A DNA stretch of 32,000 nt from Cupriavidus necator (lineage in GTDB: Bacteria > Pseudomonadota > Gammaproteobacteria > Burkholderiales > Burkholderiaceae): the NCBI RefSeq assembly GCF_016127575.1, contig NZ_CP066018.1:2100001-2132000 (forward strand), in the 5' to 3' direction. Shown here one piece after another: positions 15,651 to 23,778 of this stretch (position 1 is the first letter of the stretch; every line of letters starts with the position of its first letter). The notes beneath the pieces are model-generated. The model was not told the DNA's origin. It did no database searches and saw nothing but the letters and a program-made list of their open reading frames with translations. The position numbers and the translations under genes are program-made.

Positions 15651-16643
15651 TCAATCCAGCCGGATATTGTTTTCCTTGATCACGTTGCCCCAGTACGCCT
15701 GGTCCGCTCTGGCCGTCGCCGCGAACGCCGCCGGCTGCGTCGTCTTGACGATCAGCCCCAGCTCGGCGAGGCGCTGGCGGATGTCCGGCGCGGCCATCAC
15801 CGTTTCCACATCGGCCGAGACCTTGTCGACGATGGCCTGCGGCGTGCCGGCGGTGGTGAACAGGCCCAGCCAGGCCGGGCCGTCCAGGCCCTTGTAGCCG
15901 AGTTCCTGGAAGGTCGGCACATCCGGCAGCATCGGCGCGCGGGTATTGCCGGTGACCGCCAGCGGCTGGAGCTTGCCGGTGCGCGCATGCTGGCGCACCG
16001 TCATCGGCGACAGCGTTCCCAGCGAGATCTGGCCGCCGATCAGGTCGGTGGCGATGGGGGCTTCGCCCTTGTACGGGACATGGACCAGTTCGGCGCCAGC
16101 TCCCTTGAGAAAGACCTGCATATAGAGATGGGCGCCGGTGCCAATGCCATAGGTGCCATAGGAATACTTGTCGGGCTGGGACTTGGCCAGGCTGACCATC
16201 TGCGGCAGCGTGCGCGGCATGGCGCTGCTGGCGGTCAGCACCAGGCTCGAGGTGCACAGCTGGCAGATGGCGGTCAGGTCGCGCAGCGGATCGAACGGCG
16301 GCTTGGCCACCATATAGGGCGTCTGCACCAGGCTGGGCAAGCCCAGCAGCAGCGTGTAGCCGTCCGCCGGCGCCTTGGCGACCACGTCGGCGCCGATCAT
16401 GCCACCCACGCCGGGGCGGTTCTCGACGATCACAGGGCGCTGCCACAGCTTGCTGAGCGGATCGCCCAGCGCGCGCGCCAGCACGTCGGTGGCACCGCCG
16501 GGCGGGTAGGGCACCACCACCCGCACCGGGCGCGACGGGTAAGCCTGCTGGGCCCACGCCCGGCTGATTCCAAGAGTCGAGGCGGTGGCTGCCAGGGAAC
16601 CTGCTCCCAGCCAGTGCAGGGCTTTGCGGCGGTCGGCTTGCAT
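15651..16643 (-). CDS. Bug family (TctC-like) substrate-binding protein
   Basis: ATG at 16643 behind GGAGGA. Signal MQADRRKALHWLGAGSLAATASTLGISRAWA. VRVVVPYPPGGATDVLAR, ENRPGVGG, DGYTLLL and HVPYKGEAP are present. Confidence 0.9.
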   Translation of the reverse strand: MQADRRKALHWLGAGSLAATASTLGISRAWAQQAYPSRPVRVVVPYPPGGATDVLARALGDPLSKLWQRPVIVENRPGVGGMIGADVVAKAPADGYTLLLGLPSLVQTPYMVAKPPFDPLRDLTAICQLCTSSLVLTASSAMPRTLPQMVSLAKSQPDKYSYGTYGIGTGAHLYMQVFLKGAGAELVHVPYKGEAPIATDLIGGQISLGTLSPMTVRQHARTGKLQPLAVTGNTRAPMLPDVPTFQELGYKGLDGPAWLGLFTTAGTPQAIVDKVSADVETVMAAPDIRQRLAELGLIVKTTQPAAFAATARADQAYWGNVIKENNIRLD

Positions 16644-16809
16644 GGTGTTTCCTCCAGTCGTTGACATCGTGTCGGTGCGCGGTACGGGTGCGCCAGGGCG
16701 CCAGTGACCACGGCAACCCGCAGCCTACGAGGCAGCGCCATGGCGGGGCATCGGCGGGATGGACGAAAAGAGTGGGGAGTACTTACCCGGGGGCCTGTGC
16801 GGGAGGGTT

Positions 16810-16828
16810 ATTGCGGCAGTGCCGCAAT
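16810..16828. promoter_or_regulatory. perfect palindrome ATTGCGGCA-G-TGCCGCAAT (ATTGC-N9-GCAAT)
   Basis: Read directly. Lies between the divergent Bug gene (start 16643) and the thioesterase gene (start 16927). It could be an operator or simply a stable hairpin. Confidence 0.25.
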
Positions 16829-16926
16829 CCGAGCCGACGTTTCCCTTATGATGGGCGCCGCCGCTGTCTCTGCTGCTTGCCTGCCTGATCCCGTGCGGCG
16901 TCCGATCCATTTTTTGCTTTTCCATC

Positions 16927-17370
16927 ATGGCCCGCCTCAAACTCGACCTGCCTGCCGACCAGTTCTGCTACGCCACGCACCTGACCGTGCGCGTGACCGA
17001 CATCAACTCGGCCAACCACCTTGCCAACGATTCGATGATCTCGATGATCTCCGAGGCGCGGGCGCGCTTCCTGTATGAATTCGGCAGCGAGGATGTGCGG
17101 CAGGAAGGCGTCGGCATCATCGTGACCGACCTGGCCACGATGTACCGCAACGAGGCGCATGCGCGCGACCAGCTGCAGTTCGAGGTGGGGGTGATGGACT
17201 TCAACAAGTACGGCGGCGACATCATCTTCCGCATCACGCGGCCGGCCGACGGCACGCTGATCGCGATGGCCAAGTCGGGCTTTGTCTTCTTCGACTACGT
17301 GGGGAAGAAAGTGGTGGCGATGCCGGAGGGATTCGCCAAGCGGTTCCCGAAGGTGAACTGGATGGAGTAA
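16927..17370 (+). CDS. hotdog-fold acyl-CoA thioesterase family protein
   Basis: 147 aa. The pattern Y.T.L.VRVTDIN...HLAND....MISEAR..F, then GIIV.DL...Y..EA, resembles 4HBT/YbgC-like thioesterases. Confidence 0.7.
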   Translation: MARLKLDLPADQFCYATHLTVRVTDINSANHLANDSMISMISEARARFLYEFGSEDVRQEGVGIIVTDLATMYRNEAHARDQLQFEVGVMDFNKYGGDIIFRITRPADGTLIAMAKSGFVFFDYVGKKVVAMPEGFAKRFPKVNWME

Positions 17371-17377
17371 TCGCCTG

Positions 17378-17405
17378 CGTGGCGCTGTCCTTCAACGGCG
17401 CCACG
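17378..17405. terminator. hairpin between convergent genes (CGTGGCGC-N12-GCGCCACG), no clear U-tract
   Basis: 8-bp perfect stem in the 55-nt gap between the thioesterase stop and the rdgC stop. Confidence 0.3.
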
Positions 17406-17425
17406 GTTCCTGCAAGAGATTCGGC

Positions 17426-18325
17426 TTACGCCTTGCGCTCGCCGCCCAGCGCCTCGGTGAGGTCGCCGAGCATGCCGGAGAGTTCGCCGGCCATCATGGT
17501 GAAATCGGCGTCGAAGCGCTCGTCTTCATCATGCGCCGTGCCATCGGCCTGTTCCTTGATCACGTCCAGCGGCGCCACCTTCTTCACCACCAGCCCGTCG
17601 GTCAGCACGAACGAGACCCGGTCGTTCCACGTCATCGCCAGGCGCGTGCAGCGCTTGCCGGCGGCGATATGGCGGCGCAGGTCTTCCGGGTCCAGCGGAT
17701 GGCGCACGTAACGGACGGTGGCCTTGCTTTCCGCGCCGGACTGCAGCTCGATTTCCTGGTCGACGGTGAAGCCGCCCGGTGCCGCATCGCCGGCCAGCCA
17801 TTCGGTCATGGCTGCCACCGGCGACTGGTTGACGTGCAGGTTGATCAGCGGCAGCGGATCCAGTGCCTTGAACAGCATGCCGCGCACTTCATCGGCCTTG
17901 GCCGTGGCGGCGGCGTCGATGGCAAGCCAGCCGTTGTCCGGGTCGATCCACACACGCGTGTCGCGGCGGATGCTGAAGGCGCGCGGCAGCAGTTCTTCGG
18001 TGACCTGCTCCTTCAGTTCCTTCATTTGCTTGCGGCCCGGCTTGTAGCCTTGCTGCTCTTCGATTTCCGCGGCGCGGGCGCGCGTGACCTGGTTGACCAC
18101 GGTGGTGGGCAGCAGCTTCTTTTCAGTGCGCAGCGTCAGCAGCATCTGGCCGCCGACGGTATGGACCAGCTGGCCGTTGTCACGCGGCGAGGCCCAGCCC
18201 TGGGTTTGCATTTCGAGGCTGGTACCGGGGAAGAAGGCGTGCTTCGCCAGGCTGGCTTCGACCTCGTCGGCGCTCAGCGACCACGGGGCGGAGAAACGAT
18301 GGACCTGCAGATTCTTGAACCACAT
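17426..18325 (-). CDS. rdgC: recombination-associated protein RdgC
   Basis: [11 protein letters not shown]...[10 protein letters not shown]....[25 protein letters not shown]......[20 protein letters not shown] is the RdgC signature. The start is trimmed to the ATG at 18325. Confidence 0.9.
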   Translation of the reverse strand: MWFKNLQVHRFSAPWSLSADEVEASLAKHAFFPGTSLEMQTQGWASPRDNGQLVHTVGGQMLLTLRTEKKLLPTTVVNQVTRARAAEIEEQQGYKPGRKQMKELKEQVTEELLPRAFSIRRDTRVWIDPDNGWLAIDAAATAKADEVRGMLFKALDPLPLINLHVNQSPVAAMTEWLAGDAAPGGFTVDQEIELQSGAESKATVRYVRHPLDPEDLRRHIAAGKRCTRLAMTWNDRVSFVLTDGLVVKKVAPLDVIKEQADGTAHDEDERFDADFTMMAGELSGMLGDLTEALGGERKA

Positions 18326-18434
18326 GGGAATTCGGCCAAAGGGACGAATTCTATCCTCTCGCGGCGCACGGCCGCGAAAAAGGAGGGCGCCGCGCGGCAC
18401 GCCGACCGCGCGACGGTCACCGAGAGGCCCGCCC

Positions 18435-19013
18435 TTACAGGTCGAGTTTGGTGATCTTGCTGCCCTCGAGGCTCAGGCCCGCCATCAGGCCCGCATTGGT
18501 CATGACGAAGCCGACGATGGGTTGCTGGGCGGTCTTGGTGTCCAGCACGCCGCTGGCGCCAACCGTTGCCACGGCCACGGTGGCATCGACGCCCGCGACC
18601 CAGCCTTCGCTGCGCACGAACTTGTCATACGCGTCCTGCGTCAGGAACATCAGGATCACGGACTTGGACTGCGCACCGATCTGCCAGCCGACCGAGCCGG
18701 AGACCAGGCGGTAATAACCGCGCGTGGCGCCGCCTGAGCGCAGGGAACCGTCGCCATACTCGCCGCCGACGATAAAGCCGGCCGACAGCGTCTTCGGGAA
18801 CACCAGGATGCCGCGCGCGCGGTTGCCCAGCTCGCGCGAGCCCTGGACCGAGCTGTACAGGCGCGACAGCGTGCCGTCCACGCCGGAGTCCAGCTCACGC
18901 CGGCGCGCGGCCTTGTCGGTGGGGGCATCGGGCTTTGTGGTGGTGCAGGCACCCAGGGCCAGGCTGCCGAGGGCCAGACCCGCGCTGGCCGAAAGGAAGG
19001 TTCGACGTTTCAT
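18435..19013 (-). CDS. SYLF (Ysc84-like, DUF500) domain lipoprotein
   Basis: ATG at 19013 behind AAGGAGA. Tat-like and lipobox signal [57 protein letters not shown] and [18 protein letters not shown] are typical of SYLF domains. Confidence 0.8.
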   Translation of the reverse strand: MKRRTFLSASAGLALGSLALGACTTTKPDAPTDKAARRRELDSGVDGTLSRLYSSVQGSRELGNRARGILVFPKTLSAGFIVGGEYGDGSLRSGGATRGYYRLVSGSVGWQIGAQSKSVILMFLTQDAYDKFVRSEGWVAGVDATVAVATVGASGVLDTKTAQQPIVGFVMTNAGLMAGLSLEGSKITKLDL

Positions 19014-19217
19014 CTCGTCTCCTTGGTGTTGTTGTCGTCTTTGAAGCATAGGCGCCGGAAGCACCCGGGCAAATGCCGGACCGCGCAGAGACGTTTCCAT
19101 TTGTGACGAAGGTGGTGCCGGGAGGCCATTCGCGGCAAGAATAGCCAGTCTTGCGCCCGGAACGTCCCATGGCTGAACATGGGACGGCCCAATGCGCCGT
19201 GACCACATCATCCAGCC

Positions 19218-19640
19218 ATGAAAAAACTCCTGACAGCCCTGCCGCTGGCCTTCCTGGCCGCGTGCGCTTCACATCCTTCGGGTTCTTCCAATGATGCCGG
19301 CGCCGCGGCTGCCGGATCGCAGTCGGCCGTCGACAGCAGCGGCTGGCAGGCGCTGCGCGCCAAATACATGGACTGCGCCCAGAAGAAGGCCAACGATAAC
19401 CTGTCGGCCAAGGGCCAGCCCAAGGACGTGGCCAACCTGGCGCTGGCCGCGTGCGAGCCTGAGCTGGGCGCCATGCATGATTCCTTCCGCACCTACCTGG
19501 ATGGGCAGATGTCGTCGTCGCACGGCAAGAGCAGCGCGCGCCAGGCTGCGGCGCGCGTGACCACCGACACCCGCGAGAAGGCGCGCAGCTACCTGGTGCG
19601 CTACGTCGAGCGCGAGCGCTACGTGGCCCGCGTGCCCTGA
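19218..19640 (+). CDS. hypothetical lipoprotein
   Basis: MKKLLTALPLAFLAAC lipobox, followed by a small helical-looking domain. No family recognised. Confidence 0.65.
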   Translation: MKKLLTALPLAFLAACASHPSGSSNDAGAAAAGSQSAVDSSGWQALRAKYMDCAQKKANDNLSAKGQPKDVANLALAACEPELGAMHDSFRTYLDGQMSSSHGKSSARQAAARVTTDTREKARSYLVRYVERERYVARVP

Positions 19641-19662
19641 GGGCACGCGCGCGGCAGCCTGG

Positions 19663-20496
19663 TCAAAGCATTTCCAGCGGGCCCGGGCCGTCGGGCGGCG
19701 GGAAGATGCGGTCGAGCTCGGCCAGCTGGGCGGCCGACAGCGTATGCGACAGCGCGCCCAGGTTCTCCAGCAGGCGCTCGCGCCGGCTGGTCTTGGGGAT
19801 GGCGATGACGCCGTCCTGCGCCAGCAGCCAGGCCAGCGCCGCCTGTGCCGCCGTCATGCCGTGGTCGCGCGCAAAGCGCTTCAGACCGGGGTTGCCCAGC
19901 AGGCGTGACTGCTCGATCGGCGAATAGGCCATCACCGGCACGCCGCGCTGGCGCAGCCACGGCAGCAGGTCCCATTCGATGCCGCGCCGGCCCAGGTTGT
20001 ACAGCAACTGGTTGATGGCCAGCCGGTCGCCGCCCGGTGCGTCCCACAACTCCTGCATATCGGACAGGTCCAGGTTGCTCACGCCCCAGCGGCGGATCTT
20101 GCCGTCGCGCTGCAGCGCCTCCATGGCCTGCACGGTCTCTTCCAGCGGCACGCCGCCGCGCCAGTGCAATAAATAGAGGTCGATGCGGTCGGTGCGCAGC
20201 CGCTTCAGGCTGCGCTCGCAGGCTTGCACGGTGCCGCGCCGGCTGGCGTTGAAGGGATAGACCTTGCTGACGAGGAAGGCCTCGTCGCGGCGCCCGGCGA
20301 TGGCCTCGCCGATCATCTCCTCGGACTGGCCCTCGCCATACATCTCGGCGGTATCGATCAGCCGCAGGCCAAGGTCCAGGCCCAGGCGCAGCGTGGCGAT
20401 TTCTTCGGCGCGCGCGGCGCGCGACTCGCCCATATTCCACGTTCCCATGCCGAGCGCCGGGATGCGCTCGCCGTCGGGCAGGGTGACTTGCTTCAT
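19663..20496 (-). CDS. aldo/keto reductase
   Basis: LGMGTW.MG, LIDTAEMYG.GQSEE.IGEAI, RLRTDRIDLYLLHW, GKIRRWGVSN and AYSPI are AKR motifs. Confidence 0.9.
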   Translation of the reverse strand: MKQVTLPDGERIPALGMGTWNMGESRAARAEEIATLRLGLDLGLRLIDTAEMYGEGQSEEMIGEAIAGRRDEAFLVSKVYPFNASRRGTVQACERSLKRLRTDRIDLYLLHWRGGVPLEETVQAMEALQRDGKIRRWGVSNLDLSDMQELWDAPGGDRLAINQLLYNLGRRGIEWDLLPWLRQRGVPVMAYSPIEQSRLLGNPGLKRFARDHGMTAAQAALAWLLAQDGVIAIPKTSRRERLLENLGALSHTLSAAQLAELDRIFPPPDGPGPLEML

Positions 20497-20595
20497 GTGT
20501 CGGCTTCCTGGTTTGCCGGGTCAGGTGCCGGGCGGCACCCAACCACACTAGTTAACAACACCTGGAATGTACAAGCCGCGCGGGCCGGGATTGCT

Positions 20596-21987
20596 TCAGA
20601 CCAGTCCGGTCAGAAAATACACCGAGATGACGAAGAACACCGCGGCGGTCTTGATCATTGTGACGGCGAAGATATCGCGGTAGGACTCGCGGTGGGTCAG
20701 GCCGGTCACCGCCAGCAGCGTGATCACTGCGCCGTTGTGCGGCAGCGTGTCCATGCCGCCGCTGGCCATCGACACCACGCGGTGCAGTACTTCCAGCGGG
20801 ATCTGCATGGCCTGCGCGCCCGCGATAAAGGTCTGCGACATCGCCGCCAGCGCGATGCTCATGCCGCCCGAGGCCGAGCCGGTGATGCCGGCCAGCGTGC
20901 TGACCGAGACCGCGGCATTGACCAGCGGGTTGGGAATCGCGCGCAGTGCGTCGCTGACCACCAGGAAGCCGGGCAGGGCGGCGATGACCCCGCCGAAGCC
21001 GTATTCCGATGCCGTGTTCATCGATGCCAGCAGCGCGCCGCCGACGGCGCCCTTGGTGCCCTCGGCAAAGCGCTCGCGCAGGGCGCCGAAGGCGGTCACC
21101 AGCACCACCGCGATGCCCAGCAGCAGCGCGCCTTCCACTGCCCAGATCGCGGTCACGCTGGCGATCTTGGTTTCCACCGGCTTGGGCAGGCCCGGCAGCG
21201 CCACGCTGTTGGAAGGGCCATACCAGAGCGGGATCATCCGCGTCAGCCAGAAGTTGGCCACGCCCACCACCACCAGCGGCAGCAGCGCCAGCAGCGGGTG
21301 CGGCAGCTTGCCGGACTGGCTGCGCTCGGGCTCGTTGCGCAGGTTGGTGCCGTAGCCTTCGCCACGCGCGGCGGCGGCGCGGCGGCGCCATTCCAGGTAG
21401 CTCAGGCCCACCACCAGGATAAACAGCGAGCCGGCCACGCCCAGCACCGGTGCGGCCCAGGAGGTGGTGTTGAAGAAGTTGGTGGGGATGATGTTCTGGA
21501 TCTGCGGCGTGCCCGGCAGCGAATCCATGGTGAACGAGAACGCGCCCAGTGCGATCGCGCCCGGCATCAGCCGCTTGGGGATGTTGCTCTGGCGGTACAG
21601 CTCGGCCGCGAACGGATAGACCGCGAACACCACCACGAACAGCGACACGCCGCCATAGGTCAGCAGCGCGCATACCGTGACGATCACCGCATTGGCGCGC
21701 GAGCGCCCGATATAGCGGATCGCCGCGGCGACGATGGACTCGGAAAATCCGGACAGCTCGACCACCTTGCCGAATACCGCGCCTAATAGGAACACGGGGA
21801 AATACAGTTTCACGAAGCCGACCATCTTCTCCATGAAGATACCGGTGAACACCGGCGCGACCGCGGACGGGTCGGTCAGCAGCACCGCGCCCAGCGCGGC
21901 GATGGGCGCGAACAGGATCACGCTGTAGCCGCGGTACGCGGCGAACATCAGAAAGGCAAGGGCTGCCAGCACGATCAGAAACGACAT
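20596..21987 (-). CDS. GntP family permease (organic-acid:H+ symporter)
   Basis: 463 aa and polytopic. The segments GITGSASGGMSIAL and MDTLPHNGAVITLL and the overall layout resemble the GntP/hydroxybutyrate permease subfamily. The substrate is unknown. Confidence 0.8.
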   Translation of the reverse strand: MSFLIVLAALAFLMFAAYRGYSVILFAPIAALGAVLLTDPSAVAPVFTGIFMEKMVGFVKLYFPVFLLGAVFGKVVELSGFSESIVAAAIRYIGRSRANAVIVTVCALLTYGGVSLFVVVFAVYPFAAELYRQSNIPKRLMPGAIALGAFSFTMDSLPGTPQIQNIIPTNFFNTTSWAAPVLGVAGSLFILVVGLSYLEWRRRAAAARGEGYGTNLRNEPERSQSGKLPHPLLALLPLVVVGVANFWLTRMIPLWYGPSNSVALPGLPKPVETKIASVTAIWAVEGALLLGIAVVLVTAFGALRERFAEGTKGAVGGALLASMNTASEYGFGGVIAALPGFLVVSDALRAIPNPLVNAAVSVSTLAGITGSASGGMSIALAAMSQTFIAGAQAMQIPLEVLHRVVSMASGGMDTLPHNGAVITLLAVTGLTHRESYRDIFAVTMIKTAAVFFVISVYFLTGLV

Positions 21988-22190
21988 CGGATCTCCTTCA
22001 GGGTTGCCTTGTCCTGAGGTGCGGTCCGTTGCCGCGCGGGGCCTGGCGCTTGTGGCGCCTTGTCTCTGTCAGTCCGTCAGGAAAAGGGATCAGCCGGCGA
22101 CTTTGCCACAGCTTGGCCCGCGGCGTAACCTCCGGTCTCGCCGCGGGGGCACTGGGATGACAGTTGCCGGCATGAAGGAGATGCGCCGTT

Positions 22191-22583
22191 TCAGCCGTGC
22201 TGGTGGCGGTACTCCTGCGTGCGCCCGCCGTAGCCATAGGCCGCGGCGCGGGCGTCGATCACGTGCACGTACGACACCGGATGCAGCTTGCCCAGCAGCC
22301 CCGACATGGTCTCGAACACGGCCTCGATGAACTGCGCTTTCTCCGCCTTGGTGTTGGTTTCATCGGTCACGCTGATGTCCAGGTGGAAGGCGTTGCGGCC
22401 CTGCTCCGACAGCGGCACGTCGGCGATGATCCAGCTGTCGTGCGGGATGTACTGGACCGTGACGGCAATCACCTCGCGCTTCTTGCCGAGCACGCGCTCG
22501 GTCAGGTCGGCGATCGCCCTGGCGCTGCGGCGGGTGAGGTCGGCATCGGGTTGACCGGACAGGTGCAGGACGATGTGGGGCAT
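22191..22583 (-). CDS. tautomerase superfamily protein (~130-aa, cis-CaaD/MSAD-like size class)
   Basis: Begins MPHIVLHL, with the N-terminal Pro1 typical of 4-OT superfamily enzymes, and shows a duplicated beta-alpha-beta-like organisation. Confidence 0.7.
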   Translation of the reverse strand: MPHIVLHLSGQPDADLTRRSARAIADLTERVLGKKREVIAVTVQYIPHDSWIIADVPLSEQGRNAFHLDISVTDETNTKAEKAQFIEAVFETMSGLLGKLHPVSYVHVIDARAAAYGYGGRTQEYRHQHG

Positions 22584-22656
22584 GGCTGGCTCCTTGGTTT
22601 TTCGTGGGTTGGTGATGTCATGGTAGGGGGTGGTGTAGTATCGGAAAAGTGGGAAT

Positions 22657-22677
22657 ATTCGATGTGTGCCATCGGAT
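22657..22677. promoter_or_regulatory. imperfect LTTR-box-like dyad ATTCGAT-N7-ATCGGAT (T-N11-A core)
   Basis: Located in the 130-bp divergent region between the tautomerase gene (start 22583) and the LysR gene (start 22714). Confidence 0.3.
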
Positions 22678-22713
22678 TATCCGAAGTAATGCCACCCTTG
22701 CCGGAGCCTTGCC

Positions 22714-23586
22714 ATGCGTGGATTCGAAACCGACCAGTTACGCACCTTTGTCACGGTCGCGGACAGCGGCAGCCTGTCGGCGGCGGCGCCCAGGCTGTTC
22801 CTGTCGCAGTCGTCGGTCAGCGAGCAGCTGCGCAAGCTGGAGGAGCGCGCCGGCGTGCCGCTGCTGTCGCGCGGCCGGCATGGCGCGGTGCCGACGCCGG
22901 CGGGCGAGCGGCTGCTGGAACACGCGCGGCGCATCCTGGCGCTCAACGAGCTGGCCCTGCAGGACCTGCGCGGCCACGCGCTGGCGGGCGAACTGCGGCT
23001 GGCCGTGACCGACTACTTCCGCCCGGGCGAGATCGCCGGCATGTTGCGGCGCCTGCGCGAGCGCTACCCCTACCTGCGCCTGCACGTGACGGTGATGAAG
23101 AGCGCGGCGATCGACGCCGCCGCGGAGATGGACACCTTCGATATCGGCCTCAGCATGCGCCTGCCGGGCACGCGCGGGCAGGGCACGCGCGGCACTGTGC
23201 TGCGGCGTGAGCCGCTGGCCTGGGTAGCCGCGCCGGCCGAGGCCGACAGCCTGTCCGCGACGCTGCCGCTGGTGCTGCTGCCCGATACCTGCTCGCTGCA
23301 TCAGTACGTGGTGCAGCTGCTGCTGCGCAAGCGGCTTCCGTTCGAGATTGCGCACTCCGCGTCAGGCGTGGCGGGGCTGCATCTGGCACTGGCGGCGGGG
23401 CTTGGGATGTCGTGCCTGAACGCCTCGGCGATCGGCCCCGGCGTGGCGCCGCTGGACGCCGCCACCATTGCACGGCTGGGGCTGCCGCGGCTGCCTGAGG
23501 CGGAGTTCTTCCTGCTGCCCGCGCGGCGCGGGGAGTCAGCGTTTGTAGCCGAGGCGCGCGATGCGCTTGCCGGGCAGCTGGGCTAA
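22714..23586 (+). CDS. LysR family transcriptional regulator
   Basis: LRTFVTVADSGSLSAAAPRLFLSQSSVSEQLRKLEERAGVPLLSRGRHGAVPTPAGERLLEHARRIL. Confidence 0.9.
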   Translation: MRGFETDQLRTFVTVADSGSLSAAAPRLFLSQSSVSEQLRKLEERAGVPLLSRGRHGAVPTPAGERLLEHARRILALNELALQDLRGHALAGELRLAVTDYFRPGEIAGMLRRLRERYPYLRLHVTVMKSAAIDAAAEMDTFDIGLSMRLPGTRGQGTRGTVLRREPLAWVAAPAEADSLSATLPLVLLPDTCSLHQYVVQLLLRKRLPFEIAHSASGVAGLHLALAAGLGMSCLNASAIGPGVAPLDAATIARLGLPRLPEAEFFLLPARRGESAFVAEARDALAGQLG

Positions 23587-23682
23587 GAGACGGGCATTCA
23601 GTACGACACCTCAAGTCGGGGAATGGATCACAAGACGGACTGTGGCAACCGCCACTTGTGTCGAAAGCAACATATATTGATC

Positions 23683-23701
23683 GCGAATAGGAATAATTCG
23701 C
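23683..23701. promoter_or_regulatory. Fur-box-like AT-rich dyad GCGAATAGGAATAATTCGC
   Basis: GCGAAT...ATTCGC arms around GAATAAT, about 80 nt upstream of a TonB-dependent siderophore receptor gene. Only a partial match to the GATAATGATAATCATTATC consensus. A second GTAATCGATAATG element sits at 23726-23738. Confidence 0.35.
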
Positions 23702-23722
23702 AATCTCGTTGACCCTGGCAAT

Positions 23723-23775
23723 CCTGTAATCGATAATGCGCCCGCGTTTTCAAAACTATTACAGCCGATTACAGG
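23723..23775 (+). promoter_or_regulatory. 10-bp perfect inverted repeat (CCTGTAATCG ... CGATTACAGG) whose 3' arm abuts the receptor start codon
   Basis: The arms are at 23723-23732 and 23766-23775, and the ATG is at 23779. A third ATTACAG copy lies at 23757-23763. It could form an SD-occluding leader hairpin or act as repeated operator half-sites. Confidence 0.3.
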
Positions 23776-23778
23776 GAA

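Noticed and set aside
15409-16716. 435-aa minus-strand ORF and the 363-aa 15573..16664 plus-strand ORF overlapping the third Bug gene
   Set aside because: These are alternative-frame or antisense shadow ORFs, rich in Pro/Arg/Gly. The 15651..16643 frame carries the Bug motifs.
20224-21786. 520-aa plus-strand ORF (and 20552..21673 on the minus strand) overlapping the GntP permease gene
   Set aside because: These are low-complexity Arg/Gly/Ala/His translations. The 20596..21987 frame gives a coherent polytopic permease.
23587-23778. Possible cobalamin or other riboswitch upstream of the TonB-dependent receptor
   Set aside because: No B12-box-like core or other riboswitch consensus is recognisable by eye. 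The region looks like a Fur-type promoter instead.
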